Source: Archangiaceae bacterium
Lineage (GTDB): Bacteria; Myxococcota; Myxococcia; Myxococcales; Myxococcaceae
Direction: 5' to 3'
NCBI GenBank assembly: GCA_043750125.1
Contig: JAYVCD010000183.1
Coordinates: forward strand, 1 to 10,100
Length of the DNA stretch: 10,100 bases
A program made the position numbers and the translations under genes. Shown piece after piece: positions 6,529-10,100 of this stretch. The stretch's first letter is position 1, and every line of letters begins with the position of its first letter. Under the pieces are notes generated by a model that saw nothing but the letters and a program-made list of their open reading frames with translations, was not told the origin of the DNA and did no database searches.

Positions 6529-8454
6529 ATGACCCTTCTTCGCGCCTTCGACGTCTCCTTAGCTTTTGGCAGCCGCACCCTCTTCTCCCATGTCGAGCTG
6601 GTGATCGAAGCGGGCGAGCGCGTCGGCCTGGTCGGCGTCAACGGCAGCGGGAAGTCGACGCTGATGAAGATTCTCGCCGGGCAGCAGAAGCCGGACATCG
6701 GCACCCTGCAGCTGCAGCGCGGCGCGCGGGTGACCTTCCTTCCGCAAGAGCCCGAGTTTCCGGCGGGAGCGACAGTGCAGAGCGAGCTGGAAGTCGCCCA
6801 GGCTCCGTTGCGCGCGGCGCTGGCGGCCCACGAGGCGCTCGCCCACAGCATGACGGGCACCGACGAAGAGATGAAGAAGCTCTCGGCGCTCGCCGACACC
6901 GTCGAGCACCTGGGCGGCTGGGACACCGGGCACGAAGCGAAGAAGCTGCTCGATCGGCTCGGGGTCAACGAGTGGGAACGCCCGGTGGCCGAGCTGTCGG
7001 GAGGGCTGAAGAAGCGGGTGGCGATCGCCAAGGCGCTGTTGGCGCGGCCTGACCTCTTGATGCTCGACGAGCCCACCAACCATCTGGACGCCGAGACGGT
7101 CGAGTGGCTGGAAGAAGAGCTCGACGAGCGCGAAGGAGCGCTGCTGCTGGTCACCCACGACCGCTACTTCCTCGACGGTCTGGTCGACCGGATGGTGGAG
7201 GTCGAGCCGGTCATTTCGGAGCAGCAGCCCGGCGGCCTGGTCTCCTACCCCGGCAACTACCAGGCGTGGCTGGAACAGAAGCTGGCGCTGCAGCAGAGCC
7301 AGGCGACCCAGGCGCACAAACGCGACCGGTGGATTTCGCAGGAAATCGCGTGGATGCGGCGCGGCCCGCAGGCGCGACGGACGAAGACCAAGCAGCGAAT
7401 GGAGCGCGCCGCCAAGCTGCTGACCGAGCGCGGCTTCGTTCGCCCGAAGGTCGCCGACCTGCAAGTCGCCAAGGCCCCGCGGCTGTCGCAGATTGTGATC
7501 GAGGCGAAGGGGATCTCGAAATCGTTCGATGACCGCCAGGTCTTCAAGGACGTGAGCTTCATTCTTCAGCCCGGCGAGCGCGTGTGCTTGATGGGAAAGA
7601 ACGGCGCGGGAAAGACGACGCTGATCAAGACGCTGCTGACCGAGCTTCAGCCCGACACCGGAACGGTGGTGACGGGCGCGCGGACCAAGGTGGCCTGGTT
7701 TGATCAGCACCGCGAAGGCCTGGACCCCACGCTCACCGTTTACGAGAGCGCCCTGGGTCCCGACGGAAGCGACTGGGTGATGTTGGGCGACAGCAAAGTG
7801 CGGGTCGCCGAGTACCTCGAAGATTTGTTGTTCCCGATTCCGATGCAGCGGCAGAAGGTCTCGGCGCTGTCGGGCGGCGAGCGCAACCGCCTGCTGCTGG
7901 CCAAGCTGTTCCTCGAGGGCGCCAACGTCCTGGTGCTCGACGAGCCGACCAATGACCTCGACCTCGTCACCCTCACCGTGCTCGAGCGCCTGCTGGTGCA
8001 GTTCACCGGCTCAGTGCTGCTGGTGACCCACGACCGCGCCTTCCTCGACAAGGTGGCGACCAGCCTGCTGGTGTTCGAGGGCGATGGAAAAGTCGTCCGC
8101 TACGAGGGGAACTACGACACCTGGCGGCGGCTGACCCAGCAGAATGCGCGGGCGGCGAAGCTTGCCACCAAGGTCGTCGAGCCAGTGAAGGGCGTGGTGG
8201 CGAAGGCTGCGCCGGTCGCGAAGCCGGCGGCGGTGAAGCTGTCGTACAAGGACCAGCGCGAGCTGGACGGAATGGAAGCGGCGATCGAGCTGGCCGAGAC
8301 GAAGAAGGCGGCGATCGAGGCCCGGCTTCATTCGCCCGACATTTCCGCCAATGCCGCCCAGACCGCGAAGCTGTCGTTCGAGCTCGAGTCGGCGCTGGCG
8401 GAAGTCACCAAGCTCTACGCCCGGTGGGAACAGCTGCAGGCGATGCTCGGCTAG
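6529..8454 (+). CDS. uup: ABC-F family ATPase, Uup subfamily
   Basis: Two ABC cassettes (GVNGSGKST / LSGG / LDEPTNHLD / THDR and GKNGAGKTT / LSGGERNRL / LDEPTNDLD / THDR), no TM segments, inter-ABC linker with ARRTK, and a C-terminal coiled coil starting KLSYKDQREL typical of Uup. Start placed at ATG 6529 (MTLLRA...), 641 aa; the ORF-track start at 6436 overlaps the divergent gene. Confidence 0.9.
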   Translation: MTLLRAFDVSLAFGSRTLFSHVELVIEAGERVGLVGVNGSGKSTLMKILAGQQKPDIGTLQLQRGARVTFLPQEPEFPAGATVQSELEVAQAPLRAALAAHEALAHSMTGTDEEMKKLSALADTVEHLGGWDTGHEAKKLLDRLGVNEWERPVAELSGGLKKRVAIAKALLARPDLLMLDEPTNHLDAETVEWLEEELDEREGALLLVTHDRYFLDGLVDRMVEVEPVISEQQPGGLVSYPGNYQAWLEQKLALQQSQATQAHKRDRWISQEIAWMRRGPQARRTKTKQRMERAAKLLTERGFVRPKVADLQVAKAPRLSQIVIEAKGISKSFDDRQVFKDVSFILQPGERVCLMGKNGAGKTTLIKTLLTELQPDTGTVVTGARTKVAWFDQHREGLDPTLTVYESALGPDGSDWVMLGDSKVRVAEYLEDLLFPIPMQRQKVSALSGGERNRLLLAKLFLEGANVLVLDEPTNDLDLVTLTVLERLLVQFTGSVLLVTHDRAFLDKVATSLLVFEGDGKVVRYEGNYDTWRRLTQQNARAAKLATKVVEPVKGVVAKAAPVAKPAAVKLSYKDQRELDGMEAAIELAETKKAAIEARLHSPDISANAAQTAKLSFELESALAEVTKLYARWEQLQAMLG

Positions 8455-8457
8455 AAG

Positions 8458-9384
8458 TTACGGCCCGTACCAGGGCTCGGTCGCGCCGCCCACCGCGAGG
8501 CCTCCCGAGGTGCTCATCGACGCGGCGGAAAGTGCGTAGACGCTGTCGTTGCCGCCGCTGTCCGACGAGAAGCCGACCTTGTCGTTGCCGACCCAGCACG
8601 GAAACGAATCGTTGGCGTCCATCGTGTAGTCGGTCAGCTTGGTCACCACCCGGGTCGCGAGGTTGATGACGAAAATTCGCGTGCTCTGCGAAGTGACGCG
8701 ACCGTCGTACGCAGCGCGCGTTCCGTCCGGAGAGATGACCACCCGATTCACCACCGCCTGTCCTTCGAGGGTGCCCAGGTTGGTGGTGAGGTTGGTCGGC
8801 ATTCCCGTCGCGAGGTCGATTCGTTCGAGCTGGGTGAGCGCGCCGGGATTGTTCCCCGCTCCGGCGAGCAGGGTGAGGCCATCGGCAAACAGGCTCGGGG
8901 CGCCGTAGCTGAGCGAGGCGGTTCCCGCGAGGGACTTGAACTCGGTGCCGTCGACGTTGACGACTCCGATCGAGCTGGACGAGCCATGGTCGTAGCTGAA
9001 ATAAATCTTCGTCCCATCTTTCGAAAACACCGGGTTGCGCAGGTCCTTCACCAACGGGCTCGAGCCGAGGACGACGGTGGGGGTGCCGCCGGAAGTCGGG
9101 ACTGTCGCAAGCTCGGTGTCAGCGCCGACCAGCCGCGAAAACACCACCCGCTTTCCGTCGCGCGACAGCGAAGGGTGCCGAGTGCCGCCGCTGGTCGTCA
9201 GCGGTCCCAGCGCCTTCTGCAGATTCCGGTCGTCGGCGAGGTAGACGTTCCGGTCGTCCTTCCGGACGAACACGTACCCCTTGAGGAAGTCGATTCCGCC
9301 CGTCCCGCCGCCGGTGCCGCCACCGCCTCCGGTCAGCTCGCAGCCCGAGAGGATCACCACTGCCAACAGTCCTGTCACTCGCAT
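8458..9384 (-). CDS. TolB-like (PD40) beta-propeller lipoprotein
   Basis: ATG at 9384 is preceded by GGAG and gives MRVTGLLAVVILSG-C (good lipobox), then a Gly-rich tether (TGGGGGTGGGTGG) and PD40-like repeats (PSLSRDGKRVVFS, PVFSKDGTKIYFS, ISPDGTRAAYD, PCWVGNDKVGFSSD); 308 aa. There is no TolB N-terminal domain and no tol-pal context, so it is not called tolB. Confidence 0.85.
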   Translation of the reverse strand: MRVTGLLAVVILSGCELTGGGGGTGGGTGGIDFLKGYVFVRKDDRNVYLADDRNLQKALGPLTTSGGTRHPSLSRDGKRVVFSRLVGADTELATVPTSGGTPTVVLGSSPLVKDLRNPVFSKDGTKIYFSYDHGSSSSIGVVNVDGTEFKSLAGTASLSYGAPSLFADGLTLLAGAGNNPGALTQLERIDLATGMPTNLTTNLGTLEGQAVVNRVVISPDGTRAAYDGRVTSQSTRIFVINLATRVVTKLTDYTMDANDSFPCWVGNDKVGFSSDSGGNDSVYALSAASMSTSGGLAVGGATEPWYGP

Positions 9385-9390
9385 CGTTGA

Positions 9391-9394
9391 CTCC
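9391..9394 (-). promoter_or_regulatory. Shine-Dalgarno sequence of the propeller lipoprotein gene
   Basis: The minus strand reads ...TTTC-GGAG-TCAACG-ATG: GGAG 6 nt before the ATG at 9384. Confidence 0.6.
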
Positions 9395-9486
9395 GAAAGC
9401 TTCGGCCCTGGGTGCTTCGACGATCGAAGCGAACGCGTCTTCACCCTCGCGGCGCGAGATCGCAACCTGTTCTTTGAAGAAGGTTC

Positions 9487-10008
9487 TTAGCGGCGCAACT
9501 TGTTCAGCTCGTTGCGGCAGTTGTTGCACAGCGCGAGGTTTCTGCGATCGCAGTCGGCCAGGCTGGTCGCGAAGAACATCACGCACCGCACGTCCTCGCA
9601 GTACGAGAGCCCGACCAGGTGCCCGGCCTGGTGGACCGCTTCAATCTGCAGCCGGCGCTTGATGTTGTCGTTCTCGTTCTTCAGCCGAAACGTCGACAGC
9701 AGCCCCGAGCGCGATTCGCGATCTGCTTCCCCGTAGACGAACTGCGAGTCGGGGACGAAGAGATCCACATCGGCCACTCCCAACACCATCAGCGCTCCGG
9801 GCTCCTTGACGGTGAGCAGCCGCCGCATGATCGCATTGGAGTGAAATTGGTTTCGGTCCTTGTTGAACGCGTACTGAGGTTTGGGCAGAGCCGTCTTCCC
9901 GGCAAAGACCGTGACGCTGAGCAGACCCGCGATCGGCTCTTCGATGTCCTTCAGCATCGTGGCGGTAATTCCACCCACCGCGATCAACTGCATCTCTTTG
10001 CCAGCCAT
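9487..10008 (-). CDS. Archaemetzincin (peptidase M54)-like protein with degenerate catalytic motif, probably non-proteolytic
   Basis: 173 aa; AFNKDRNQF, LGVADVDLFVP..FVYGEA, STFRL, EAVHQAGHLVGLSYC-x4-CVM (Met-turn) and terminal CNNC match the archaemetzincin layout, including the Cys4 zinc site. Confidence 0.88.
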   Translation of the reverse strand: MAGKEMQLIAVGGITATMLKDIEEPIAGLLSVTVFAGKTALPKPQYAFNKDRNQFHSNAIMRRLLTVKEPGALMVLGVADVDLFVPDSQFVYGEADRESRSGLLSTFRLKNENDNIKRRLQIEAVHQAGHLVGLSYCEDVRCVMFFATSLADCDRRNLALCNNCRNELNKLRR

Positions 10009-10052
10009 GCCGCACCCCCATGTCCTTCGATGCGCCGGCCCCGCGAAACCTG

Positions 10053-10100
10053 CTGGGGCGCCAGGATTCGAACCTGGATATTCAGAGTCAAAGTCTGATG
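10053..10100 (-). tRNA. tRNA-Gln (anticodon TTG), 3' two-thirds; 5' end lies beyond the window
   Basis: The minus strand reads CA-TCAGA-CT-TTG-AC-TCTGA-ATAT-CCAGG-TTCGAAT-CCTGG-CGCCCCA-G: perfect anticodon stem, TTG anticodon (10089-10091), perfect T-arm, acceptor 3' strand and discriminator G. It is followed by CAG, so CCA is not encoded. Confidence 0.95.

Noticed and set aside
6529..8454. ABC-F as an antibiotic-resistance (ARE) factor or a transporter subunit
   Set aside because: The C-terminal KLSYK..REL coiled coil and linker point to housekeeping Uup; no permease genes are adjacent.
9385..9465. Longer N-terminus for the propeller protein (ORF-track start 9465)
   Set aside because: ATG 9384 has an SD and yields a clean lipoprotein signal peptide; the extension would bury it.
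9487..10008. Calling the archaemetzincin homologue a pseudogene
   Set aside because: No frameshift or premature stop; structural Cys residues, Met-turn and overall length are retained, and the motif changes I can see are at catalytic positions.
10040..10100. tRNA 3' end as an integration (att) site bounding an island
   Set aside because: I found no duplicate of the tRNA 3' sequence, no integrase and no evident compositional shift in the window; the flanking genes look native.

Overview
High-GC bacterial chromosomal DNA, most likely Myxococcota (inferred from the MYXO-CTERM tail, the myxobacterial-style Uup N-terminus and the archaemetzincin variant). In order, the window holds: the 3' 3.7 kb of a giant repetitive Ig-like surface protein with two module types, a 1575-bp higher-order duplication and a C-terminal GGGCGC-hydrophobic-RRRR anchor; ychF directly abutting a DUF3052-like gene; a minus-strand pair (probable lipoprotein and a SnoaL/NTF2-like protein); the ABC-F ATPase uup; and a minus-strand run of partial tRNA-Gln(UUG), an archaemetzincin homologue with a degenerate active site (HQAGHLVGLSYC), and a TolB-like beta-propeller lipoprotein preceded by a palindrome-dense spacer. 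I see no mobile element, CRISPR array or defence system. This looks mostly like core or envelope genome. The best leads are the tRNA / pseudo-protease / propeller unit and the hierarchical repeat architecture of the surface protein. All family calls come from motif recognition by eye, not database searches.
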